Below are positions 47,901 through 57,378 of a stretch of 64,000 nt of DNA, piece by piece; position 1 is the stretch's first letter; every line of letters starts with the position of its first letter. The stretch is from the IMG/VR virus record IMGVR_UViG_3300007513_000005. One strand, 5' to 3'. The position numbers were made by a program, and so were the translations under genes. The stretch comes from a virus. The notes beneath the pieces are model-generated. The model was not told the DNA's origin. It did not search any database and saw only the letters and a list, made by a program, of their open reading frames with translations.

Positions 47901-50900
47901 AAAAACTCTGGAAAATTCTTTATTCTATAGAATTTCTCCATCCAGAAGTGTCCAGAGTTTATCTTTTTCTGAATCAACTCCTCTGAGTATCCCTCAAAGG
48001 CAAACCTATCATATATGTTTGGAATTATTGCGGCGACGGGCATACGCTTGTACCCATCAAGTAAATTGTTGGTATATTCTGTTGCCCACCTTAGATCATA
48101 AACATTCTGATCTGCGCGTTCTTGCAAAGTGATGCCTAGGGCGTCTTGTTCCATTGCATCGGCCTGCTGCGTGTAGGATATTTTTGCAAAAATATCCGAA
48201 GATTCTTCAGCCAGACGTCTCAGTTCACGGATGCGCGCATGGCGAGAGAGGTGGTCGAGGACCCAATCGGACGAGCGTATCCTCTCTACCTTATCCAAGT
48301 GTTGTCTTAACACCTCCAGGTCTTCTCGTCGGGCAGATGCATCCGTCGGATCTTCTTGGATAATTATTTTTGGATAATTGTCAATGCTAGGAACTTCTTT
48401 CGCATTTTCAGCAATCTCATTCCTGACTTTTTCTGAAAAAGAAGCATATTTACCATCAAATACTTTTGTTACGAATTCTTCAATAGATTTCGTATCGATG
48501 TTTTTGAGTATTAATGACCTTAATGCTGCTTTTTCGTCATCCATTTTTGTTATTTTTTTGACTGTTTTTATGACTTTGTCTTTAATACTCGTAGAATTAA
48601 CCTTCTTTTCGATGTCATTCATGACATAATTTACAACATAATCAATCATAAACTGAGAGTCGAAGGCGCCTTTGGGTCCAAAGTTTGAAAACAAGAACAT
48701 GCTCTTAAAAATAATCTCCATACATGAAAACTTGACATACAACCCAAATAGACCAGCAGCAGAAGAGGTTTGAAGTGGACCTGGTTCAGTGAAGTCTCTA
48801 AATTGTGGGTCATTTTCTGGTTTTTCAGTTTCATTTTTATATGAGCTTAGAAAATCCTCAACTATCTTTTCAAAATCCAGCAGTTTCGGGTTCGGGACAT
48901 AACACGGTTTCCCCTGTAGAGACCCCTCAACTATGAAATCTTTAGATATATCTTGCTGTAATTGATACATTTCATCAAATGAAAAGTATTTTGAATTCTT
49001 TACCAAGTCTGAAATGTGAAAATTAAAGGCATCTGAAAAACCTTCATAGATAGAAAACCCGTCCTGTCGAGTCGCTGCTGTTTGAGCAATTAAGTTTAAC
49101 AAATAAACGATGCGCTCGGTTCCAGTTATGTCTCCGTCGCCGTCGGCGTCGAGTGTCAACCCACCACTTCCTTCAATAAATCCAGAAATATGATTTCTAA
49201 TCGAATTTTCCTCATAAACATCGAGATTTGTTTCCGATTTGTTATCCGAGACTTTCTTTAACCCTTCGATATACAAGTCTGCGAAACCACCAGGTCTCAA
49301 CAATTTGTCAACATGCTTATCTGATTGTATGTCGATGGACTGCTTTCTTGCCTCAATGTATTCCGCAGGCAGTTGCTCCTTGTAAACCTTATTAAAGTAA
49401 ACGCTTTCAAAATTATCCGATGCGTAATTGACAATATATGAAACCCTATAGCAGTCCTTCATCTGACTGGAGATAAATGGCATGTCGGAATATCCTGCTG
49501 ATATCCTACTAGGCGTGTTAGATTTACTATCAACATTGTCTGGTTGGAATTCACTCGGTCTAGTCATAACTCTGACGTGCAATTCTCTATACGGAGATCC
49601 TGTAGTTGCAGTTGTTTTTCTCGTAACCGTAGTCACATCACTTGAGGAGATGTCTCTCATCTCAGGAAACACATGTGGATCTTCTTTTGAATACTTTATG
49701 ACATACCCTGTAATCTTCTCTTCGATGAGATCAGCCAACTGCTCAGCCTTCTCAGGATCAGAGTCGCCCGTTGGGTTGAGTAGGATCGCTTCGGCATCCG
49801 TAGAATTGTCTTGAAAATAAAATTGCATATACTGCAGTTCTTCCCTGGGTATGCCGATAGATTCAAACCATAAAATGACCTTCAAGCGATCGAAAGGACT
49901 AATTGATCTGGCGGTCGCTATTTTGCCTGCCTTTCTAGCAGGTAACTGATTTTCTAAATTTTGTACCTGTGTTGTGTAATATTTATAATACAGATAATCC
50001 TTGCTGTTAAATCCTGGCTCTCCAGGTGCGATTAGTGACTCGTTCATATCGACCATGGCGTCTGGGATTCCTGTTATTTCCAAACTAAATGCACTCTTCA
50101 CATTACTTAACAAGGACTTAACTGCCATCTTAGCAACTCTATCGTGATGAGGGTTACTATATGGTCCTGGCATGTCTTTCGCTTTTAGTTCTGATGGCAG
50201 GTTTCCTGGTAGTAGTGAGTCGAAATTACCATCTGATGCTATCTTTCTTAGCGCATCTCTTCTTTTTTGAGCACCCTTCATCTGTTGTGCAATTTCTTTA
50301 CTTGAAATTCCAGCTTGCTCCAACCTTTTCCTCAACCCATCCATGCCCGACCTTTCTTCACAAAGAGCATCAGCGACGATGACTTCTTCTATTTCTCGCA
50401 ATCGATCGCAAAGATAGGGGTCTACCACTTGTCCCAACACTCTAAAGAACTCACTTATTTCTGCAAGAGTTTTCATAACTGTCTTTAGTTGCGAATCTGA
50501 AGACTTTATAACATTCAACACAACAGTCAAGACGCTTGGACTTGCCTGTCCTTGCAACAAATCACACAACTCAGATGGTCTAAGTACCAAACTTATAGAA
50601 TCAAACAAAGAAGATATAGAACTTTCCGACTCTCCAAACAAAACATCTTGCGGAATACCTAAATTACTTAAAACTTCTGAGGTTTTTTCTGCCAGATCTG
50701 CTTTTTGTTCAGCATTTGCAAACGGGTTTTCCTTATTCTTATCATTCAACTTAGACAATTGGGCGGCGCCGTACTGCAAAGCATCGACACAGTCTGGATA
50801 TGAAATTGCTTCTAAGATGTTTTTTACCATTTCGCAAATGAAAGATATGATCATGTCAGATAATGCAATTTTCATTTGAGGCAAAACAAAGTGCAACGGG

Positions 50901-53383
50901 TTAAAAGTTGGCAACTTAGGCAAAGAAGGAATCTCAAATTTAAACTGTAAGTCAAACTCTATATCATCTAATCCTGGTACACACTTCTTGTAATCACAAA
51001 GAATCATTTGAGGATCCCATTTCTGCAAAAACTCTCTCCACATATCTTCAAAGTTGCAAGCGATTTCACCAAATTTTGGATACACATCAGAAGTTTGAAT
51101 AGTTTTTCCCTTTTGTTCAAAAAATGTTGATTCCAAAAGATTATCGAGACTTCTATTGGCAAGCCTCTTTTGCTCCAAGATGTGTGCTTCGATTGTTTTT
51201 ATGCCGCGTCGGTCAAAATCTAGTCTAAGATTCACCCCCTTTGCCTTGCCTGGCCTAAATACAAAATTCGGCACTGGGTAGTGAAATCTACTAAAAAACA
51301 AAACAGCAGGTATCTTTTCAGCTTCATTACATGGGTTTGGTCTTAAGGATTTTATTATCTCTGGTGCACTGTCTTCGCCAGATGTCCTGGTTAATGAATA
51401 CAGGTACGACACCGTTGCGGGATAAATAAACGGATCTTTTGTTGTAAAGTCAGTAACTCCTGTCGTTAACTCCTTCCTCTTGCCCTTAGCGTTGGTATTG
51501 TCAACGTGTATAACTTTGTATATTCTATGCCCAACAACCATCTCCACATTTTGACTAAGTTTTGGAGTGCCTGGTGCTGTCATCTCTGGTTGGGCAGTGC
51601 CATCTACAGGTAACGGTATATCTACCTTTTTCTTCACTTCATCAAAGTAGATCTCCAATTTATCTTTACTAGTAGGGCCAACCTTGAGAGTCCTTCCGTT
51701 AGCAGACAGGAACCCCTCCAGGGCGGCAATGAGATTCATCAACCTCTTGGATTCGACCACAGGATCTATTTGTGGAAAGATTGGTGGTGGTGGTGGCGGA
51801 TTTTGAGCAAACTTATTATAAGGTCTTTTTGCCTTTGGGTTTGGTTTATTATCTTCTTCAAATTTCTTTATTTCTTTATCAAATGCTGCCAATTCTTCCG
51901 AAACTTTTTCTATGTGTCCGCGAATTTCCTGAATTGTGTAAATTCCAGGATTTACGAGAGAGTTTTCTCCCTTTCTGGCAGCGTTGGCGGATTCTACCTC
52001 TTCCTTGGTAGCCTCATCACGCTTTGTTTGGCTTGCACCTTGTCCAGTGCGAGATTTGTTCCAGAGATTCTTTACGGAATCCTTTGCGGCCTTTTCGGCC
52101 TGCATCTTCTTGCCATCGGCCCACTTCTTTGCGCCAGACTTAAGGGAACTTCCTTGGCGTTTCCAAAAATCCCCAGTGAGTGGTTTTCCAAGATCATTAT
52201 TTACAAAATCCTTTGCTGCTTTGAATCCCGCAGCGGCAGCTGCAACGTTGTTTGGGTCCAATACATTGACAGTTCCTCCCAAATCTGCGGCACCAGCACC
52301 CCCACGAATCTGATTAAACATATCCTTTCTTATGCGAATGGACATAGAGTATGTTGAGTTGGGTCTTGCGCCTGGTTGCTCTAGGGAAACGATTGCTGCA
52401 AATACTGGACTTGCGCCATAATCCAAACTTTGTCCAAACAAGACATCTACCTTTTCTCCATTCAATTGCTCATTTAAGGACATACTATCTATCGTAAAGG
52501 TAAATTTCATTCCACTAACAAAACCATTTGCGCTGGCGGTGCGGTCTAACCCCTCTTGCAGATTGTCCTCCCCTTCTGTGTTGATCTGTAAATCATATCC
52601 ACCTACCCTACCTTGGTGTTGCAAGATTTCTTCAAAAAGTCGTCTCGGCAGATCTTCATCATCGATGGCGTCCTGCAGGGGTGATACGATTGGAACAAAA
52701 CTTCGTTTGCCTGCATCTATGGTCCAGGTTTTTTCTTTCCCGTAAAATTCAAAAGTTTCAGTAACTGCCTGTCTAAACATCTGCTGCTTAACTTCTGGAT
52801 TTTCTTCAAGGTATTTATCAGCGTCCTTGTATCCTGCAGCTGAAATGGTTTGTCTTGTTATATCAGTCTGGAGTTTGTACAACACATAATTTCCTACAAT
52901 CTTCGGTGCATCTTGTTCTGAAGATGGCGTATGGAAAGATTCTGATGGGTCGCCGCCAGAAGGCAATCCAGCCAGGTGATTCAAAAATGCTGGTGTAGAT
53001 ATGAGCGATTGCATAGCACGTCCGAGTCCAAGTTCATTCAATACCTGCCAAGTTGGTTCTCCGATTTGACCCCTTTCTGACATGAATCCGCCTGGCAAGT
53101 CAATGTTGATAATTGCATCCGTGCCTGTGTCCATGCCATATTTACCTATCTCAAATATTCTTGCTCTGTTGTCTTCCTGGAACTGTACCAGTGCGTTTTC
53201 AGTTACTGCATCAAACTCTGCGCTGGTGGTTTCAAGATCCCCCATTCCAAGGAAATATTTTACAACATGAACTGCAAGACCTCTTGCTCCCGCTTGCATA
53301 GGCAACTCAAAAGTGATTGCTGATTCGTGCTCTTTCCCGTTCTGATCTCTGTATGTGAATGGTTTCTTTCTAAATGTTGTCAT
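44981..53383 (-). CDS. Giant virion protein (2800 aa) with N-terminal peptidoglycan-binding domain
   Basis: GARGLAVHVVKYFLG...FDAVTENALVQFQ....GQIGEPTWQVL matches the PG_binding_1 pattern (with an insertion). The remainder is mostly helical and unrecognised. Confidence 0.6.
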   Translation of the reverse strand: MTTFRKKPFTYRDQNGKEHESAITFELPMQAGARGLAVHVVKYFLGMGDLETTSAEFDAVTENALVQFQEDNRARIFEIGKYGMDTGTDAIINIDLPGGFMSERGQIGEPTWQVLNELGLGRAMQSLISTPAFLNHLAGLPSGGDPSESFHTPSSEQDAPKIVGNYVLYKLQTDITRQTISAAGYKDADKYLEENPEVKQQMFRQAVTETFEFYGKEKTWTIDAGKRSFVPIVSPLQDAIDDEDLPRRLFEEILQHQGRVGGYDLQINTEGEDNLQEGLDRTASANGFVSGMKFTFTIDSMSLNEQLNGEKVDVLFGQSLDYGASPVFAAIVSLEQPGARPNSTYSMSIRIRKDMFNQIRGGAGAADLGGTVNVLDPNNVAAAAAGFKAAKDFVNNDLGKPLTGDFWKRQGSSLKSGAKKWADGKKMQAEKAAKDSVKNLWNKSRTGQGASQTKRDEATKEEVESANAARKGENSLVNPGIYTIQEIRGHIEKVSEELAAFDKEIKKFEEDNKPNPKAKRPYNKFAQNPPPPPPIFPQIDPVVESKRLMNLIAALEGFLSANGRTLKVGPTSKDKLEIYFDEVKKKVDIPLPVDGTAQPEMTAPGTPKLSQNVEMVVGHRIYKVIHVDNTNAKGKRKELTTGVTDFTTKDPFIYPATVSYLYSLTRTSGEDSAPEIIKSLRPNPCNEAEKIPAVLFFSRFHYPVPNFVFRPGKAKGVNLRLDFDRRGIKTIEAHILEQKRLANRSLDNLLESTFFEQKGKTIQTSDVYPKFGEIACNFEDMWREFLQKWDPQMILCDYKKCVPGLDDIEFDLQFKFEIPSLPKLPTFNPLHFVLPQMKIALSDMIISFICEMVKNILEAISYPDCVDALQYGAAQLSKLNDKNKENPFANAEQKADLAEKTSEVLSNLGIPQDVLFGESESSISSLFDSISLVLRPSELCDLLQGQASPSVLTVVLNVIKSSDSQLKTVMKTLAEISEFFRVLGQVVDPYLCDRLREIEEVIVADALCEERSGMDGLRKRLEQAGISSKEIAQQMKGAQKRRDALRKIASDGNFDSLLPGNLPSELKAKDMPGPYSNPHHDRVAKMAVKSLLSNVKSAFSLEITGIPDAMVDMNESLIAPGEPGFNSKDYLYYKYYTTQVQNLENQLPARKAGKIATARSISPFDRLKVILWFESIGIPREELQYMQFYFQDNSTDAEAILLNPTGDSDPEKAEQLADLIEEKITGYVIKYSKEDPHVFPEMRDISSSDVTTVTRKTTATTGSPYRELHVRVMTRPSEFQPDNVDSKSNTPSRISAGYSDMPFISSQMKDCYRVSYIVNYASDNFESVYFNKVYKEQLPAEYIEARKQSIDIQSDKHVDKLLRPGGFADLYIEGLKKVSDNKSETNLDVYEENSIRNHISGFIEGSGGLTLDADGDGDITGTERIVYLLNLIAQTAATRQDGFSIYEGFSDAFNFHISDLVKNSKYFSFDEMYQLQQDISKDFIVEGSLQGKPCYVPNPKLLDFEKIVEDFLSSYKNETEKPENDPQFRDFTEPGPLQTSSAAGLFGLYVKFSCMEIIFKSMFLFSNFGPKGAFDSQFMIDYVVNYVMNDIEKKVNSTSIKDKVIKTVKKITKMDDEKAALRSLILKNIDTKSIEEFVTKVFDGKYASFSEKVRNEIAENAKEVPSIDNYPKIIIQEDPTDASARREDLEVLRQHLDKVERIRSSDWVLDHLSRHARIRELRRLAEESSDIFAKISYTQQADAMEQDALGITLQERADQNVYDLRWATEYTNNLLDGYKRMPVAAIIPNIYDRFAFEGYSEELIQKKINSGHFWMEKFYRIKNFPEFFRIYNELYLEVDSDPLLRNILNIGTNPETSLYSEYVSPTDMEHLLFGAEDTDTRVERMQALEENLERNRVEYDFVQKFYLKLISNFFAGRPTLPAYYVYDSPSARQIWHSGRCYKSIAIRMMIDIGFAAKKPENVITRHPDVESGGTPFGFTANISGYGINWGNPSPRTIEAAEIIEPLSEDAILTELDYAYRSGQVSKGELIERVLFIIDDVNADDGAFDANREMLRTWSNNIEGPEALPKAFPGVGTLTRPWAETFHAQWSKLGAYKWLGREFVFEQERYSDNPGYAYKDIPRRRKAELIVECLTNMIDIIHNWPTNTSEENTIKTRVHWRDDPRMPRGSGYYDNAKEIFEQVATAKRSIDYARKWYYSLREDNADSMKVNLDDWRIGSNPSGYGSPPSTRGTPWYGGGRMQKAVLDYYISRTYTPILDERQFSSPKSASGALAIGKPVTWNSPSGVQEDETFNLDIPINEFYASTIVPKQQELYDFLKSNLQIGGRLMMGQKAYRQYERPATPAGAGSSEVSGINVMETKPSDIFADFRPHVDRQVDMSSVDSRTVGLMSDGSLFNRKKCFLAYADKYPLNTAEGPTSLDYRSSFYNLASVQSSFQTLGSAMVSNSYMPINIFDDDVKNTLVYSIPIHEHIEDVGCLDDLYAEESEEIFFPMTPSQTGFIGLQTRREMIRDRIYALKEESIVTNLLALGPVDASMGSRPINDAPVNHPANVALKILFPLDRYVGIHTLQNSIIFDEFRSDDGLLTATKMACLGYMGITGTAHEPEVIFPETDIDESRAFDFGATMGDFWKMFYKILEKLVKQSYARTVRTVGRFGDPAYRDMRKQYREDPCEMKSGLTNELVGHPIVDGNYDGDLDRGFGKKNGKKQYVPINSLPIDILLSTLPTPSFSDIAKVSKHVAGLTTGSNTRYGYPLGPFGLLALSAPQITGETLSNIKERKQCETPGEEEAEGICKDKEGEDQ

Positions 53384-53384
53384 A

Positions 53385-55403
53385 TTAATTAACCTTATTA
53401 TACTTACTCTTTATGGAAGCTTTTGAACCATCTTCTAAGTAAGTTTTTTCTATTACTTCAGGATTTTGCTGTAGCGAGAAAGCAGAGAAAGTATCCACAG
53501 ACACTAATTTCATAACCTTTTCTAACATCTTGACCGTTAGTGCTGGTAGTTTAACCGATACTCCGGCTGTTGGTGTAACATGCTCATGATTTAGTATTGC
53601 ACCATACACCTCAATCATATCCTTCTTCAAAGAAGTAATGGCCCCCGCGATTTGTGCCTGGTTGTTTAACATCTCTTTTAGCAACAAAGTTAGATAGTCG
53701 CCTTTGATTAATGGTTGTAACTCATTTGCCTTGTTTGCCGCTATCAAACAAATACCCAAAGGTTCATTTGCACCTGACCCTCCTTTTGAGTTTACTGATT
53801 CAGCGTTTTCAGTCACCAGTCGAATGCCAGATTTGCGAGATATTATTCTAATTCCATCTGCCTTCATCGCTATGCCAGAGATGGCCCTGGATGGTTTTGT
53901 CTTCGGCGGTAAGGATAGAGAGAAGTTCTCATCTAAATCAGTTTTTTGAGAAATATAAATTCTTGCAGCGTCCATTACCGTGAGTGTTTCACCATTCTCA
54001 TAAGTAAATCTTTCGGATGTAAAGATTGGTCCAACATGTTGTTTTCTACCTTTCGAGTCGAAAGATATTGGTTTTGGTGACATTCTACCTACAACAATAT
54101 CAATTGCACCTGCTTGAGTGTGTCCCTGTCCAGGCCCATACCCAGTACTAAGTCCGGCTGGTCGGTCTCTACCAAAAACTATCCAGGTATTATTTTTACC
54201 CGTAACGACTTTGTCCGATGAGCACTTATCAAAAAAAGGTACTGGTTCTGGAAGAGGTCTGTCCAATAGTCCTGTATTTGGACCGACACCTACATTTGGC
54301 GCAACATCTCTCGCTATACCATCAGTCATAATGACAGGTTGAGACCCTGGTTTTACTTTTGTTGGTGCTGCTGGTCTTTTATCCTCTACAGATTCTGCCT
54401 TTGATTTGACTACAGATGTTGTGCCGTCTTGTCCTAATGTCGGATCTGCTTCAAAATGTTCATATCCGAGGTCCTCTGGTGTTTCCAGAGGTGCTACTGG
54501 AAGTCCAGAAACCGAACCTTCTCCAAATAAAAGATTTGCTTCTCTCATTTCTCGCATAAACCTTTCAACATCTGCATCATTTACGGGAGGTTTTGGCATA
54601 CTGAGAGTCATGCCAGCAATCTGATTCGACGCGCCTGGTGGTAAACTTGCCATACCAGGAAGATCAGATAAAGCGCCTGGTGGTGGTTTTAATGGATATT
54701 CTTCAAAACTATATGCGTCATCAGCAGTCGGAGGTATTCTACTATAGAGTATATCATACAAAGAGGGGTGCTCGGTTTTAAACTTTACTATAAATTGATC
54801 TACTGAGGTATTTGCGAACTGATCTGCCTTCCAACCTTGATAATCTTCTTTAGATATCGTATAACTTGCATCAACCACACCAAGGCCGCTGACAACTTCA
54901 ATATAAAGAGTGTCCTCTGTTCTGGTGAACAGGACAGTCTGCTCTGTCAAATCTTCGTCTAATGAAGAGGATTCGTCTCTTTCAATATCTCTCTGGTTTG
55001 CTTCAAGTGGGTCGGCCTGTTCGGTTGGACCAATGGTATCCTCCGCTTCGTCTTCTGGTTCCATACCAGGAGGATCTGGGTTGGAGGGAGGAACTTGTCC
55101 TGTTCGTGCTGCCTCTCTTATTTCAGACTCTCTTTGTATATCCCTTCTTGCTACTGAGGCATCAGTACCTCGAACTGAGTACTGAGATCCACCGATGGGC
55201 GTTACAATAAATTCGACACTTTCATTATTGATCCTGTGGCCAAACCATTCGATACCATTCTGCCTGTAGTACTCTTCTATCCTGTCTTCAAGTTCAAAAA
55301 TTCCTGAACCATCGGGCTTGGCACTAAGGCGCAGACCTTCCTCTGTAAATTTTGGATTTCCGAGATAAATTGTTTTTAACTGTTCAAACGTCTTCTGTGC
55401 CAT
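53385..55403 (-). CDS. Baseplate hub/spike protein (gp5/gpV-like C-terminal half)
   Basis: Short beta-strand run NNTWIVFGRDRP..GAIDIVVGR..DAARIYISQKTD..IAMKADGIRII, then QPLIKGD and an HxH tip-like motif (NHEH); located upstream of gp25. Confidence 0.55.
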   Translation of the reverse strand: MAQKTFEQLKTIYLGNPKFTEEGLRLSAKPDGSGIFELEDRIEEYYRQNGIEWFGHRINNESVEFIVTPIGGSQYSVRGTDASVARRDIQRESEIREAARTGQVPPSNPDPPGMEPEDEAEDTIGPTEQADPLEANQRDIERDESSSLDEDLTEQTVLFTRTEDTLYIEVVSGLGVVDASYTISKEDYQGWKADQFANTSVDQFIVKFKTEHPSLYDILYSRIPPTADDAYSFEEYPLKPPPGALSDLPGMASLPPGASNQIAGMTLSMPKPPVNDADVERFMREMREANLLFGEGSVSGLPVAPLETPEDLGYEHFEADPTLGQDGTTSVVKSKAESVEDKRPAAPTKVKPGSQPVIMTDGIARDVAPNVGVGPNTGLLDRPLPEPVPFFDKCSSDKVVTGKNNTWIVFGRDRPAGLSTGYGPGQGHTQAGAIDIVVGRMSPKPISFDSKGRKQHVGPIFTSERFTYENGETLTVMDAARIYISQKTDLDENFSLSLPPKTKPSRAISGIAMKADGIRIISRKSGIRLVTENAESVNSKGGSGANEPLGICLIAANKANELQPLIKGDYLTLLLKEMLNNQAQIAGAITSLKKDMIEVYGAILNHEHVTPTAGVSVKLPALTVKMLEKVMKLVSVDTFSAFSLQQNPEVIEKTYLEDGSKASIKSKYNKVN

Positions 55404-55468
55404 AAACTTAACCTTCTATATTATAATTAATCTCTTGTTGTTTTTTTGTATATCTTCAAATTGCTAGA

Positions 55469-56071
55469 TCACCTACTTTTCAGGGGTTTCACTATAGCGC
55501 CTTTAGCGCCGAACTTTTGTTTGGATTTGGGGCCCCCTTTCTTTGGTTTTGGTGGTTTTTTGGGATCTTCATAATTCAATTCAGATGAGGACGTACCTTC
55601 GATTATGCCATAATTGTCCCCTATCATAATAACATCAACTACCCTGTCCTGTGCCATTAAACTAGTTTCTTGATCTTCTACAAAAATCTCATATATAACT
55701 GGACACAACTCCTTTACTACGTTATTGGGATCAATAAAAGATGAAATCCCAGTGACGATCGCCCTATGCTCCACAACTATAATTGCTTCGTCACTGTCTT
55801 CAGATCTACGAAAATTGAGAGACCCAATGACGCCATCTCTGTGTGGTTCAGGTATTGCACTTGTTGGTAACTTTCTAGAACTTATTATAATAGCAGGGTA
55901 ACGTTTTCCTGCTGCATCTACAGTTCTGGATCTACTCATATGATCGATTGCTGCTTCGGTGTCGACAACAACATCTCCCGACAGTGCAAGCACAGTCGAA
56001 GCCAAAACGAGCGTCCTCGACGTTTCATAAGATTGAAGTTTTCTTTTTAACTTTTCTAGTTCTTCACTCAT
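55469..56071 (-). CDS. Tandem paralog 3: shared N-terminal domain only, with Lys/Pro-rich tail
   Basis: AIIISSRKL..S.I..H..EDSD..HRAIVTG..PVIYE..VDVIMIGDNYGII..KKPPKP aligns with the two upstream genes. Confidence 0.7.
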   Translation of the reverse strand: MSEELEKLKRKLQSYETSRTLVLASTVLALSGDVVVDTEAAIDHMSRSRTVDAAGKRYPAIIISSRKLPTSAIPEPHRDGVIGSLNFRRSEDSDEAIIVVEHRAIVTGISSFIDPNNVVKELCPVIYEIFVEDQETSLMAQDRVVDVIMIGDNYGIIEGTSSSELNYEDPKKPPKPKKGGPKSKQKFGAKGAIVKPLKSR

Positions 56072-57378
56072 ATCATTATCGCCTTTGTTATCAACTGTGA
56101 TGACCCTTTTATAGAAGGATGTATGTGATCCATCATCTCGACTTGTGGCGTAGATCCAGCAAAACTAAATGTAGAATACTTACTAGATATATGGTTATTG
56201 ACCTCTGTAGTAAATCTACCATAATGGTCTATCTTGGATTGATTGTCGAAATCATTTTTAGTATTAACTTTTCTTGTTTTACTTCCATTCCAAGGAAGGT
56301 TTACTAACATCACCCTGACCTCATATCCCGACTTTATTCCAAGAGCAACGATTGCATCAATATTCTTTTTTGCAAGATCAGCAGTGAATGATGTATTTCT
56401 ATTCTTTCCATAACCGCCTCTTGCATGCTTTCCCCAACCTGATTGACCAAGAGCATCGTTTGTCCCTGCTGATACTATCATCACTTTTTTCTTTCCCGAA
56501 GTAGTTAGTGTCGTTTTCCCAAAATGTGCTTTAAGTCTTCGAAGTATCTGCGCTGTGGTGGCGCCCGAAAGAGCAACGGAGGTTTTGCATTGGTAATATA
56601 AGTTCTTACCTCGACAGTGAGGGTAATTTATGATTCCTTGACCGACGGCGGCGATGGTCATTCCAGCGGCGATACTATCCCCAACAATCAAAAATTCAGT
56701 TTCTTTGATGTCTGGTTTTTCTTTTATTGCATCTGCAAGGGATTTGCCAGGTGTTGTATTTTTTGGTGATGGTTTCGGTACACCCTTCGAGGCATCTTTT
56801 AATTTATTTGACTGCTTTTTTTTAAACTTGTCTTCCGTTTTGGGTTTGTCTTTTGGCTTAGGTGGTTTTTCCCCCTTAACATATGGCAGTCCAGATGCTT
56901 TTTGAGATCTTACTATTCCATAATTTGGTCCAAGCATTCGCACGACGCAACTTCTGTTAGTCTGCATGTCAGTACCATCTTCCGATTCCCCAACTTCATA
57001 TACGATTGTCAACATTTCAGCTGGTAATTTTGCGGGATTCACATGACTGCCCTGACCTGCGACGATGGCATAGTGCCTAGATAAAGTTATTGAGTTAGTT
57101 GTATCTGAGTCTTCATCTTTGGATACTATTCTCAAAGATGATAACACCTTATCGTGTGCTGGGGAAATTTGTGATACGGAGATCTTTTCTGTTTTTATTA
57201 TTATAGCAGGAGTAAACTCTTCACTGTACCCCACCACTCTTGATTTGGATAGGTGTGCGGCCGCAGTGCGAAGTCTAGACTCAAACGATTCGCCTGGTGT
57301 GTGTGATACCACGTCTTCGTCGAGTACCTGATTACCAGAACCTGCTTCTGTAAATAAGGAATATTTATCTTTACTCAT
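56068..57378 (-). CDS. Tandem paralog 2: shared N-terminal domain plus SGNH/GDSL hydrolase
   Basis: Start refined to ATG 57378 (ATGA overlap). SGNH blocks IVGDSIAAG, LSGATT, SAGTND and MDHIHP are all present. Confidence 0.8.
   Translation of the reverse strand: MSKDKYSLFTEAGSGNQVLDEDVVSHTPGESFESRLRTAAAHLSKSRVVGYSEEFTPAIIIKTEKISVSQISPAHDKVLSSLRIVSKDEDSDTTNSITLSRHYAIVAGQGSHVNPAKLPAEMLTIVYEVGESEDGTDMQTNRSCVVRMLGPNYGIVRSQKASGLPYVKGEKPPKPKDKPKTEDKFKKKQSNKLKDASKGVPKPSPKNTTPGKSLADAIKEKPDIKETEFLIVGDSIAAGMTIAAVGQGIINYPHCRGKNLYYQCKTSVALSGATTAQILRRLKAHFGKTTLTTSGKKKVMIVSAGTNDALGQSGWGKHARGGYGKNRNTSFTADLAKKNIDAIVALGIKSGYEVRVMLVNLPWNGSKTRKVNTKNDFDNQSKIDHYGRFTTEVNNHISSKYSTFSFAGSTPQVEMMDHIHPSIKGSSQLITKAIMI

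Noticed and set aside
51770-52357. 195-aa plus-strand ORF starting MWKDWWWWW
   Set aside because: The Trp run is simply the reverse complement of the poly-Pro CCA codons in the 2800-aa gene.
44981-53383. Firm call as tape measure protein
   Set aside because: No periodic Trp/Phe repeats or typical TMP position next to tail tube and chaperone genes could be shown; left as a hypothesis.
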